Positions 24,905 through 36,439 of a DNA stretch of 64,000 bases are shown in pieces. The first letter of the stretch is position 1. Each line of letters opens with the position of its first letter. Made by a program: the position numbers and the translations under genes. The stretch is from Camelus ferus (lineage: Eukaryota), in NCBI RefSeq assembly GCF_009834535.1, contig NC_045698.1, positions 8,868,001 through 8,932,000 of the forward strand, written 5' to 3'. Below the pieces are notes generated by a model. It saw nothing but the letters and a program-made list of their open reading frames with translations. It had not been told where the DNA came from and made no database searches.

Positions 24905-25388
24905 TGCCCTGTGTCAGGTATGGTTCAGATAACTTCACATATTAACTCTTTTTTTCTGTTTTTTTTTTAAGTTGAAGTACAATCAATTTACAATGTTGTG
25001 TCAATTTCTGTGTACAGCATACCGATTCAGTTATACATATGTATATATTCCTTATCATATACTTTTCCACTATAGGCTCTTACAAGATATTGAATATAGC
25101 TACTTGTGCTATACAGCAGGACCTTGTTGTTTATCTATTTTATATATAGTAGTTAGTACCTGCAAATCCCAAACTCCCAATTTATCCTTCCACCTCTCCC
25201 TCCCCATCTCTTTACTCCCACTTAGCCCTGTGAGAGACAGACTTTGGTGATCACAACATCAAAGATGAGGAAACTGAGATGGAGAAGGTCATTTGTTTGG
25301 TTGCTTGCTCAAGGTCTTGCAAGCTAGCAGCAAAAATGTGGTTTGAATCCATGCTACCCCACTCCAGAGTCTCTGCTTCTCCCTGCTA
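24905..25388 (-). mobile_element. MIR SINE split by an L1 insertion
   Basis: Left piece 'tgtgtcaggtatggttcagataacttcacatattaactc' and right piece 'ccctgtgagag...aaagatgaggaaactgag...gctcaaggtc...tttgaatcc...actccagagtc' are contiguous in the MIR consensus. Confidence 0.75.
24948..25205 (-). mobile_element. Short 5'-truncated younger L1 3' end (artiodactyl/camelid-like)
   Basis: Poly(T) plus 'ttgaagtacaatcaatttacaatgttgtgtcaatttctgtgtacagcat...acaagatattgaatatag...gctatacagcaggaccttgttgtttatct'. Confidence 0.9.
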
Positions 25389-25649
25389 AACAGGGCCACT
25401 TCTCAAATTAATTACTGAGCCTCTAATTTTGATTATTCACAGGATGCAGGCTGCTCTTCAAGGATTTATGACCTTGGTGGAAAGGTTATTTTCAATTGAG
25501 CAATCCAAAAAGAGCACTGGCAGGGACCCTACTGTGTCGGCATTCCCAATGGCCAGCAGAATAAAACCTTATTCCTACAAGGGCGTCTAAACATCACATC
25601 ACAGAGACTACCACCAACAGTAAACACAAAATTCATTCATCTGCCTTTT

Positions 25650-25890
25650 AATTTATTTGTTTAATATTTGAGATTTATTTACATAGAAGCTTTTAATTGC
25701 CATTGTCTTATTAGGAACTGCAGACATATTCAAGGGTTTACTGTCTAGTGGTAGTCATGGACTTGGGGATGAGGGTAGTTTATCCAGAAGAGGAGACAGA
25801 AAAGTGAAATGTTAGATTATGTAAGTAGCCAAGCAAAGGGGTAGGGACAGCATTTTAAGTGAAATAAACAGAGACTTGGAGACAAAACAT
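25650..25890 (-). mobile_element. L2 fragment
   Basis: 'agggtttactgtctagtgg...gtagccaagcaaagggg.agggacagcattttaagtgaa'. Confidence 0.5.
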
Positions 25891-26579
25891 TTAAGAGAAA
25901 TTCTTTTCAGGGAGAGGATGAAAAGTAATATAAGCAAAGGAGAAAACAAACACGTCGAGGAAATCTATAGGAGCTGCGTCTAGAAAGGAGCAATTTCTGA
26001 ATCTCATGGTAGTGCAGCATTTCTTCATAATTTACTCAGAATTAACACTGACTGGAAAAGTGCATAAAATAGAAGTTCTAAATTGAAAATTTCTTTGAAA
26101 ACTCGTGAAATACATTTCACCTGTATTTTACATGTACTACAGCATTATAAATCCAAGTTTGTTTTAATAGGAAATTATATTTTGAATATTTTTCATTAAA
26201 TAAGAGACATTTGGTTAATTATACTGAAATAAAGGCTAATTAATTCCAGACATTCCTACAAGACCTACCCAAAACCAACAAAATGATGACAAATATTGAA
26301 GAAAATATCTTCAATGGGAACATGGAATGATGAAAATCTTAAATGAAAACTACAAAGTAAAAGTAACAATGTGGAATGTGGATCAAGATAAAGAAGAATG
26401 CTGAAAACTGACACAGACCCTCAGATCTCGAGGAGGAAGGATATTTCTTTAAGATTAAGTGTGTGAACCCAAGGAGTCTTCTCCTGTGATCCTGCATTAG
26501 GTCAATGAGACACCGAGTCTACGTGTGTGTCATGAAGGGACAGATCATGCACCCGAGAGACCAATTTGACAATGAATGA

Positions 26580-26686
26580 GATAGTAACTGCTCTTTGATA
26601 AGGGTGCCACGTATACGATGGGGAAAGGATAGTCCCTTCAACAAATTATGTTGGGAAAACTGGATATCTTTGGCAAAAGAATGAAA
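26580..26686 (+). mobile_element. L1 ORF2 fragment
   Basis: 'ctttgataagggtgcca..tatacgatggggaaaggatagtcccttcaacaaattatgttgggaaaactggata' corresponds to the FDKGAK..QWGKDSLFNKWCWENW motif. Confidence 0.85.
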
Positions 26687-26754
26687 GATTCTGATCACTT
26701 GATATTTTTCATAATCACTTTTTTCTTTAATGAAGGAGGAATCATCTAATCACT

Positions 26755-26950
26755 AATATTAGATTTCATTAACATTAGGAAATCATTAATTAGAAGGTGC
26801 ACTGTTATTTTAAGCAGCACTAATGAAGAAAAATAAAGGAGACAAATAAACTCTGACATATTATTAAGATGTTCTCAGCTATAAAGCCATTCTGATTTCA
26901 AAGAGCTTAGAATGTGGAAACTTAGGTAGCTTTAATTGATGCAACACTAT
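26755..26950. mobile_element. MER104/Kanga-type Tc2 MITE
   Basis: 'atttcattaacattagga...gtgcactgttattttaagcagcactaa...tgatttcaaagagcttagaatgtggaaa...tttaattgatgcaacac'. Confidence 0.55.
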
Positions 26951-27974
26951 ATGTCTTTTGCTGAGAAGCATTTATCTGAACTTTAAAAATTCTTTTTAAC
27001 TTTAATAACTACATACTATATTTAAGTAACCTTAAGTTTAAGATCTTTATTCAAAAATAACATATATATTATTTGCATTTATTCTTATGCTCCTTTATGT
27101 TAAATGTATATCTATATTCTCTCTCTCCATCTATATTTCTATCCATACATTCATTCATACTCTTACATATATTTTTCTCCATAGAAAGATGTATGTAACT
27201 GTCTCCATCACATAGTAACTAAGGTTTATTCATGTGATTGTATTTAATGCATACATACATGTGTCTGTACGTATACAGTTTCCTTGGTTGGTTAGTCCCT
27301 TCCTTGAAATTTTCGTATGAGAACATCTATTGAATTTACAAAAAAATCATTATTCTTAGAAAAGTTGCTTTCCATCCAGAAATAACTATAACAAAAATGT
27401 CTTGCAATTTTTCTTGGACGACATTGTTGTATTACCAGCCAATTGTAGAGATTTGTTCTGCTTCCAGTAGGTGCGATCCTGCATATCTAGTTTGGTGTCT
27501 GGGCAATTTCTTTACCTCTTTTTGCCTCAGAACACTTTTGAGAAGTCAAATGTATAAAGATACATGCATATATGTGTATGTATTTACATATATATGTATA
27601 AAAACAATTTTTCACTGCTCAACATTTGGAAAATTACTGTGGAACACTTTTCAGAAAGCTGCAAAGAAGTAACTGAATATAAAGTATAGTGTTTTCAGGC
27701 TGCTGAAGTGCTGGTGGACAGTTTTCTTGGTTTATCTTCTTGCTGATGGATTGAGTGGCTCATATGGAAGATTGACTCAGGCTATTCAATTTACTGTCTC
27801 AGAGGACTATTTGTTGTGTGATTCGTACCACTGACAGTTGACTTATGATAGATTTATTTTCCAAGAAATAATCAACTTTGAATCACAAGTTAGTAAACCA
27901 ATGATCAAGTAATCTTTATTCCATCTAATTACCTTAAAATTTAAGCCAAACCAAGAAAGTCATGGAGAAGAAGC

Positions 27975-28158
27975 ATAGAATTCTAGCACTGCCACTTATT
28001 CAAATTGTGTTACAGGGGAATTTATTTAAGTTCTCAAAACATTAATCTTTTCATCTATAAAGAATTATTTTTGGGGAGGAAAAATGATAAAATGTATGAA
28101 AGCATTAGAAACATTATATGCCTGAAATAAACATGTTTAACAAGCACAATATTATGTT
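27975..28158 (+). mobile_element. MIR SINE
   Basis: 'gaattctagcactgccacttatt...ttttcatctataaa...atgtatgaaagcattagaa'. Confidence 0.65.
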
Positions 28159-28959
28159 ATATAATACAGATGATATATGTATTTATAAGTTTATCACATA
28201 TTATATGTTTTATATATATAAATAAACTTTTGTCTAAATGTATCAAAAGTAGGATCATGTTCCTCATTAACCGAGGTATTTCTATGGACAGGGAAGGAGG
28301 GGAGGACAATAAATCTACCCAAGACCATTGAGAGTAGGAAGGGACTGAAGTGGAGTTCCCACCTTGAAGAAGACAAATTGCAGAAAGGGCAGAGACTGCC
28401 CCCAGCTGGATACTGGAGCGGGTAATCTCTGTCTTGGGGACATGTTTCCATCAGCCCTGTGGAATTTGTAGCCCCCAAGCTACCAATTTAGAACCTGTTC
28501 AGAATTGTGGGACTCAGATGATCTGGAAAACAGAATTATAAAAACCACCAGAGCATCTTCAATGTTATCTTCAAATACAAATACAAAACTTCCCCCTTGA
28601 TATTTGCTTGTACACAGAAAACTAATAACACGTAACGCAGACAAGAAGCACAACAAATTTAATCCAGAAAGGACTGTAAATGCTGAAAGTATCAGGGAAA
28701 AATTGAAATGAGTATATTTATAATCCACAAATAGATAATGGAAAAATATTATCTAAAATGAAACAGTATCTGTGAAATGAACCAGAATACTTGCATAGGA
28801 AATCTAGGCAACAATAAACGTCAAGAAAAATGAAACAAAACAAAGAAGCACAACTCTGAAACTTCTTTTTTATTCACCAACCTTTCCATGTGTAATGAAA
28901 ACAAAGTTCTTTGTACACGTTGACTCTGGCATTGTTCTACTAATATGTTATGCTCATGG

Positions 28960-29130
28960 CAGATGGCACAGTGTAGGTTTGGAAGCAAATTCTGGGTCTT
29001 CATTTACATGACGTATAAGTTTGGGAAATTTACTTAATCCATCCTACTTCAATTTCCTCATTTGAAGATTATTAAAAAAAATGGCATCTCAGTAGTGAAC
29101 ATTGAAGATTAATTAGCTAACACAGTTTAT
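28960..29130 (+). mobile_element. MIR SINE
   Basis: 'tttgggaaatttacttaatcc...caatttcctcatttgaa...gaagattaattagctaa'. Confidence 0.65.
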
Positions 29131-30130
29131 TTCATCCTAAACCCATAATGTTAACTTTAATTACTGACTGACAGTGTTTAGCCTTGAAATGGGCTCTCTA
29201 AATCAGTCACTTGGGGGGTATTAATTATTTCAGTGAATAACAAACTCATTATGTGTGGTCGCTTTGTTCATTCGTTTGTTTGTTTTACCCATAACTAAGA
29301 CACTTTTCCTTCATGAAAGAAATAAAATCATTAAACGTCAAGTTTAAAGTTCCTGACTAGCAAACTCTTCCAGGTAAGCTAGTGTATATTTCATCGGTTT
29401 CACAAATTATTCTTGATTACACAACAAAATTGTCAAGGTCGAAGCTTGTGTAAGCGATTGTACAGTGTTTTGTTTTGCTTCGTTTTGCTTTTTTGTGTTT
29501 GTTGTTTTGCTTTCACATTGCACTCCTAACTCCTAGCAGAGAGATGTTAAAAAGGTGTTAAATCAGGCTGATTTAATTCACAAGTAAAAGAAATATTATG
29601 AAGAATATTGTATAAAATCCTTCCATAATCTGGAATATGCTGATTTCTTTTTGTTCTTTCCAGCTGCATTTGGAATTTTACATATTTGGAGGCATAAAAG
29701 TAGATTAGAACATGGTCCTTGGAAGCTCTACTTACCAGAACATTATTGTGAAATTCTAAAATTTGCAGAATATATATATATTTAATTTTCAGTTTTGGCA
29801 CTAAACATAATGCCATAAATATATATTGCTGTTTTTATTTTTTCATGCCTAACAGAAGTATTCAAGGTATTAATCATATTAATGCAAAAGTACTTAAAAC
29901 CAAATGGGAAGTTTTGATTTTCATCTCTCCAGCAGATTTGTGTGACTGACTGCCAAAGGGCTGCTTTGGACTTGCTTTGAATTGTGAATTACCATTTATA
30001 TCTCAATGGTCTTTAAAATCATGATTAGGAAGAAAATATATGTGGGAAATTACATAGGAATATATAAATATAGCAATGTTAGGAATATATGTTTATAATA
30101 TTTTTAATTTTTATTTTCTGCTTAAGTATG

Positions 30131-30595
30131 TGTATGAGTTCTGTGGGGCTGCTGTAACAAAGTAACACACTGTTGGTGGCTTAAAACAATAGACAGACAT
30201 TTTCTCACAGTTCTGTAGGCCAGAAGCCTGAAATCAAGATGTCAGTAGGGCCATGCTCCCTCTGAAGGTTATGGGGGCGAATCCTTCCTTGCCTGTCCCA
30301 GCATTTGGTGTTTGCCAGCATTCCTTGCCATTGCTTGGCTTGTAGACACACTCCAGTCACCTGGTCATTTTCTCCCTATGTGTCTTCACATCATTTTCCC
30401 TCCATAATTTGCTGTCTTTTTGCTCAAATTTCTCCTTCTTATAAGACACCATACTGGATTAAGGCCCACACTAATGGCCTCTTTGTTACTTGATTAGCTG
30501 TGTAAAGACCCTATTTGCAAAAATGTCACAGCCTGAAGTCCTGGGGCTTTGGACTTCAGTGTATCTCTGTAGGGAGACACAATTCAAACAGAATA
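30131..30595 (-). mobile_element. MaLR solo LTR, MLT1B/MLT1C-like
   Basis: Canonical 'ggctgctgtaacaaagta..cac...ggtggcttaaaacaa...tctcacagttctgtaggccagaagcctgaaatcaagatgtcagtagggccatgctccctctgaagg...gtaaagaccctattt...gacacaattcaa'. Confidence 0.9.
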
Positions 30596-31049
30596 GTGCA
30601 TTTATTTACTTTTTTTTAAATTATCTTTGAGCAGCTCTAGTTTTCTCCCTTTTCTAAATGAAATTAGGAATCAAGATCAAGATACTTTTCATCTTCTAAC
30701 CCAATTGAATGATTAAAGAGATTTTCAGATGGACCGAAATATTGAAAACATGGCCTTCATTCACATTTCTTTTAAGATTGGTCATAGTTTTACTCTCATT
30801 AGAGTCTCCTTTAAAATATAAACTGAACACAAAATTCGTTTTAGATTAGATGTTTGATGATTGGCTCAGCAGATTAAATTATGCATACTTTGTAGGGAAG
30901 GATCACTTTTATGCTTAAATTTTCATCACAAGTTGAAAAGAGTCGATTCCTTAGGGTGACATTGACATTATGTTAACACACTCAACTACGCACGTCTCAG
31001 AGTAGGGTATTCAAAAGACAACATCTGGTGTCTAGAGTCTTACTCCCAA

Positions 31050-31568
31050 GGAGGAACAATGCCAGCAGGGGACACAGCTTAGTACTGTTTCCATTAAAAT
31101 GGAAAGTCTCTCCTCTAAAATTGTCTTCCTCACAAAAACATACAACCTCAGTTAATCATGATAAAAACATCAGACAAATGCCTGTTGAGGAACATTCTAC
31201 AAAATACCTACAAAGTACCTGACCAGTAGTCCTGAAAAGCACTGAATGACTCCTCGAAGTCATTAGAACAATGAGGCTGAGAAACTGTCACAGCCAAGAG
31301 GAGGCTCAGGAGACATGAAAATTAATGCAATGTAGTATCCTGGACGGGGTCTTGGAAGAGAAGAAAGACATGAGGGGAAAAACTAACGGCATTTGAATAA
31401 ACTTTGGTTACAATAATACATCAACATTGGTTTCTTCATTGAGACAGTTGCACCCTACTAGGGCAAGCTGCTAGCATAGCGCGGTACACAGAAACTCTAA
31501 ACACACTCTAAACATTTCCACAAAGGTAACGTATTCTAAGATTTTAAAAAGTTTATTTTAATAAAAAA
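31050..31568 (+). mobile_element. L1MC/L1MD-type 3'UTR
   Basis: 'catacaacctcagttaatcatgataaaaacatcagacaaa...acattctacaaaata...ctgagaaactgtcacagccaagagg...aatgcaatgtagtatcctgga' ending in aataaaaaa. Confidence 0.85.
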
Positions 31569-31569
31569 T

Positions 31570-32311
31570 GGATGAAGAAACTGACATTTGGCAACAGTGG
31601 GATAACTTACACTCAGGAAGGGGTTACTGTATTGGCTGCAGAAAATCAATACCTTCTTATCAAAGAAGCATTGGGTTGCTACTTTACAGTAAGAGTAACG
31701 GGACATGTGTCTGGAATATTAGATGTCCCCTGGGACACCTCTTAGTAGTCCCATGTCCTGGATGACAATCAATGGAAAACTACAGAAACACAAAAGAGCC
31801 AGGACTGGAACCTTCAGAAATGAAGCTGATTTGGGTCACCCCATCAGACAAAGGATCACACCAAGATGCTTACAGATGGTGGAGAAAATAAGGTATGGAT
31901 GATGAGAGGGCGAATTTGTAAGAGCTATGACCACGTGAGCAATTGTAGAAATGAGACTGTAATAGTATGAGTATTTCTCCCTTATTTTGGTATTTATGTA
32001 TTACTGTACAATTAACCAACTTCCCCCTTCCCCCATATCCTGTCACCTCACATAAAAATGTGAGTAGTAGATAGTCTTCTATATTAGTATTTAGTCTTCA
32101 GCATATTAAAGGGGTGTGACTCAGCTAAAAGAGCAGTGAACCTCATCCAAAGGTGTATAATGTGACTGTGCATTCTCTTTGGGGAGCAGTTGAAATGTCC
32201 TCAGTGTATGAGAAAAAGCAGAAACACAGCAGGTGACAGCCTAATTTTATTCATTTGAAAATTAAGGGTGATTAAAAGAGATGTGCACAGGGGCCAGGGT
32301 AGGAGGTTGAC
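31570..32311 (+). mobile_element. ERVL internal 3' end (dUTPase remnant, 3' untranslated region, polypurine tract)
   Basis: ORF 31568-31765 contains IGLLLYS..CVWNIRCPLGHLLVVPCP, resembling the ERVL dUTPase C-terminus IGLLLHN..YVWN.GDPLG.LLVLPCP; G-rich PPT 'gggtaggaggttgac' directly before TG. Confidence 0.8.
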
Positions 32312-32872
32312 TGGTGGTGCTCAACTGTGTCAACTTAGCTATTTTTCCCAGAATCCTCTTTACCAGATGCACTGGATTGGAGAAGGATGTGCAATATCTG
32401 AAGGCAAAATGGGGCAGCAGTCATTAAAGTCGGAAGGTCTCAGTGGGAGGTGGAAGTGCTGTAGCTCACATGTATCCTCTCTGATCTGCTGGCTCATTAG
32501 CCCAGCCAGGTGCCCGTACTTCAGGTTCTTCCCAGCCAGGCCAGGTATCTGTGGCAAGGTCAACAGATTCTTCTGCAGGTCATTTCATGGTCAAGGTTGG
32601 AGGCAGTGAGAGACTGACACAGATTCCCCTTTGTTCTTGAGGGTTCAGTTTGTCCTCTTGGGTTTGAATTTGTTTTTGTGTTTCCCTGCCATGTATCTAA
32701 CTCTTTTTTGGATTCATATGACACCAGGCTCATCATTGTAGCTAGATGCCTTCCAAAGACCTCTTTGTGAGCTCCCACAAATGACTGTGTGAGGCTTAAT
32801 CTTCACAATCAATGCCCTACTTAATGTTATTCATAGTACTTCTGAGCCTCTGATCAAACCCTACATAATGAA
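32312..32872 (+). mobile_element. ERVL 3' LTR (LTR41/LTR52-like)
   Basis: Begins with TG after the PPT; 'tgtgtcaacttagctatttttcccagaatcc'; ends 'tagtacttctgagcctctgatcaaacccta', like ERVL U5 ends. Confidence 0.6.
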
Positions 32873-33199
32873 AAACACACAAGGGAAAGCTGAGGAGGTG
32901 GGTGGACCAGAATGAGAAACCAGGAGAACAAACATTAGGGCCACTAAAGAGAGAGAAATTTGGAGAAATAGCTGGTTTTTCCTTGCCCACCCCCTCAACA
33001 CTGTTTGAAGAAGCAGAGGTTAGCTGGTGTATCTGCAGAAGGAATAAAGCAGCAGGCAGTGGCTGGAGACGAGAGGGGTGTCCTAGGAAGAGAGTAGCGT
33101 CATGAGGACATGGGAACCTCAAGAAACAGAGATCAAGATTGCCAACTCACCCCAACAGGTAGCACAGCCTGCCCCAATTGTTCCGCTCAAGTACAAGAA

Positions 33200-34385
33200 A
33201 CAAGGTCCTGTAACCAGTTACATCCGTACTCAAAGACAAAGGAACACAGAGAATCAAATTAAAAGAAAAGTAGGAAAATTGAACCTCACTAACTGCTTAA
33301 AGAAAAGAAGCAAAGTGAATAAGCCATCAACTCTAACCAACAGAATAATTCGTTAACACGGGACTGCACAGGGGCAATCCCAAATCATTTAAAAATTTAA
33401 AATAAATGTTTAGAGACGCTGGACATGATTTAATCCCCAAAATGAATAGTGTTATAAAATAGGGAAGAAAGTCTGCTGAAACTTAAAACATGATTATAAT
33501 AAGTTAAGAATGAGAACAGCATAGTAAAGAGGATGAGAAGTAGACTGAAGAGACCGAGGTTATCTGTGAGGGAATACGAGTTGGGTTAATAATGAAATTT
33601 TCATCATATATATTGATTGCGGGATGACAACTATCTTAAACATTCCAAGGGGAAATTAACTGGAAACTCGATTCCTCTGTCCAGCTATACCAGAATTTGT
33701 GGGAAAGGACAAATTGAAAACTTATTTTTGATACTCAAAGGCTCATAAATTTTTACCGAACTAGAGGATATCTCTGAAATAATTGTTTAAGAATAAATTG
33801 TTTTAAGGAAATTTTAGGCTAAGAGAAATATTAATGCTAATTATAGTAGTAAAACTTAAGTATATGTCTAAATAATTGTTGCCATAATTAAAAAATCTAA
33901 ATATAGAATCCTAGGAGATCTACAATGGTTATCGTGGTGGGGGAGAAAAGTGAAAATACGCTAAGGTATTTCTTATTCAGAGATAAGATATAGATACTGT
34001 TTGACTTCAAACTCTACTGGAAAAATATGAGATGAAGTGAAACAAAAAATATTGTTTAAATCATCAAAAGGAAAAATGAGGAAAAGGTAAAACAGAAAGC
34101 ATAACTAGAAAACATGAAATACAATGATGGGGGTGCAATCAGGAAACTCAGTCTGATGATAAGGATGAACCGGAGATAATCTCAGTGGTTCAAACAACCC
34201 AGTTAATAGCCTTTGCAATAGGCTATTTACAAGGGGTAGTATTTAAAGGCAAAAAATTAGAAAGTTTGAAAATACTGGAATAGAAATGACGGTTGAACAA
34301 AGAAAAAAATAGTCATATTGTAATACTGTGAAAATCAGTCAGGTGAAAATCAAAGCAAAAAGCTTTGCAAGGGTTGAGAGGAGGC
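33200..34385 (+). mobile_element. Ancient L1 (ORF1 pieces, inter-ORF region, start of the ORF2 endonuclease)
   Basis: ORF1 C-terminal-like 'aactcgattcctctgtccagcta' (ILYPA motif) and EN-like 'tatttacaagggg...agaaagtttgaaaatactggaatagaaa...atcaaagcaaaaagc'. Confidence 0.6.
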
Positions 34386-34409
34386 ATCTGAGCACGGTGC
34401 CAAGGCTGC

Positions 34410-34760
34410 GAATGAATGAAGGAGGTGTTCATTAGGTCCCTGAGTGAGACTGATGCCAAGTGGAGAAGGCTGGACAGCCTGTGGACAGAAGTGTGGAAGA
34501 TGCTGTTATTATTATAAGGAAGTGGCTGAGGACAAGATGGACCCAGTGTGCAGTAAAAAACAAATAGTTTTCAAATTTAAAGACTGTGGGGAGCTGTGTC
34601 TTCGAGGAAGAGTCCCATTTCAGTTCAAGAATGGAGTGGGAGAAATATTTACAAATCCCATGACGACAGAGGTGAGTGTGCAGATTATCAAGGAAGAGAT
34701 GATTCTGGAGGAAACCACCGCAGAATGTGGGAAGAAACGAGGCTACATAAGTATAAAGCA
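34410..34760 (-). mobile_element. Probable L2 ORF2 5' remnant
   Basis: Purine-rich 'gagtcccatttcagttcaagaatggagtggg...gaagagatgattctggagg' similar to antisense L2. Confidence 0.4.
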
Positions 34761-36439
34761 GAACGGGGCACCTGTCCAGGAGGTGGCTGTCATCTCAGGG
34801 GTTTGCCCTGGAATGCAGGGAAATCAGCTGTGCTAAGGGCAAGGATTTCCTTTCCCTCCCAGTGGCTGGGCATCTGCAATGGAGGCAGAGATGGGCAGAA
34901 TGCCTTTAGGGAGGGCCAGGAAGACAAGGTGGCCCTTTTTCAGAGTTAACACTGCATTCTGGTGACTGGCACTTTCAAAAGAAGGGCAAGAATGGGTAAC
35001 TGGGCAGATCATGAGCCTCTCTCACTAAGGCTGCCCCTCAAGAATTTGCTTCAACAAGTGTTCTGGAAATTTGCCAGTTTGCAGCAGCATCCTTTCTCTA
35101 GGGGAATACAAGGACGTATAAGGAAGAAAAATTATGAGATTCCACTACTGAACATTAAGTCTTTGAAGACAATGTTCAAAAGGGAGAAATTACAATGCAA
35201 AAAGTTGAAGACCAGTTCCTTATGGAAATAAGGCAAGAGGCTAAATACATACACCCACGTACACACACACATTCATACATGTTGATCAACCTTGAAAATG
35301 TGCTTACCACATCCTCTGAGAGCGAGGAGATGGCTGGAAACGAACTTGGCCACATCATGGAGGTGGGAAGAGGTGGGGCTGAGAGATGAGGGCTTTCCGT
35401 TTAGGGGGCATCTTAATAGTTTCCTAACTGGTGTCACAGGCTCTGGATACAGAGTGCAGGATGGGAATCCGGGGTCTAACACTGACTGATGTTGTGGTAC
35501 CTGTATGCCAAATTAGCACAATAATGGCATCAATGATGGTGATTGTGAGCATTGTCTCAGTCAATCTAAGCAATGTTCTAGCCTTGCATCTGGCTCAGTC
35601 AATGTCTACTAAATATTATTATTATCATCAGTCTTCTTTTTCCCTATTTGATTATTTGCCAGAAAAGGAAAGAATAAATAAGAAAACATATATCCAGAAT
35701 ATGAAACCTGGCAGAACAGTGAAAATTCAGTAGGGACTTCTGTTAAACAAATGATAGCTGTTTATGTAGGACTGCAGGTAGGAGACAGGTAGGTCTGCAT
35801 ACAGACATATCCGGTAGGAACAGATGGCATATGTAGTCTCATGGGAAGTTTTTCACCAGAAGAATGCATTTATTTATCCTTTCAGCTCTTGTCAGATATT
35901 AAAATATACAGATTAGTTTTTTATATACCCTCCAATATGTCTGGCCAACTCCTCCCCTCTTCCTCCTCCTACTACTAAAGATTTCAAAACAGATGTAAGT
36001 CTCAAAAATTTTACGTTTTCTGAAAAAAAAATCGACCTTCAAAAAGTCTAGTTCATACTTCCATAAAGCTGTTTAAAAATGGTTTGGGAAGCAATGTTTT
36101 AGACATTTTGCTTAGAAAAGTGCTACTGAATAGTCAGATTCGTTTTTCTTACTAGAGGTAAATATAACATGGTTAGTTTTCTATCAGAGACATTAGCTTA
36201 TTCAGTTAGTTCTGGGATGTCAAATACCAAATGTTTATTTCTCTCTCTGTCTCTGTCTCTCTCTTTTTCTCCCCTTAACTCCTGCTACCTTCTGCCTCTC
36301 TATATATACAGAAACTTCTCACAGAATATTGTACACTTTTTTCTACTAGAAAGAAGGGGTAAATGAATGTCTTAAGATATTTTAAAATGTAGAGTACAGG
36401 TAATCTATTCTGAAGCCAACAGCAAAGCCCTTTTTCCTT

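Noticed and set aside
34444..34949. Overlapping 130-aa and 117-aa plus-strand ORFs that look protein-like
   Set aside because: Non-ATG starts, no recognisable domain, no convincing splice context, and they lie over a probable antisense L2 remnant
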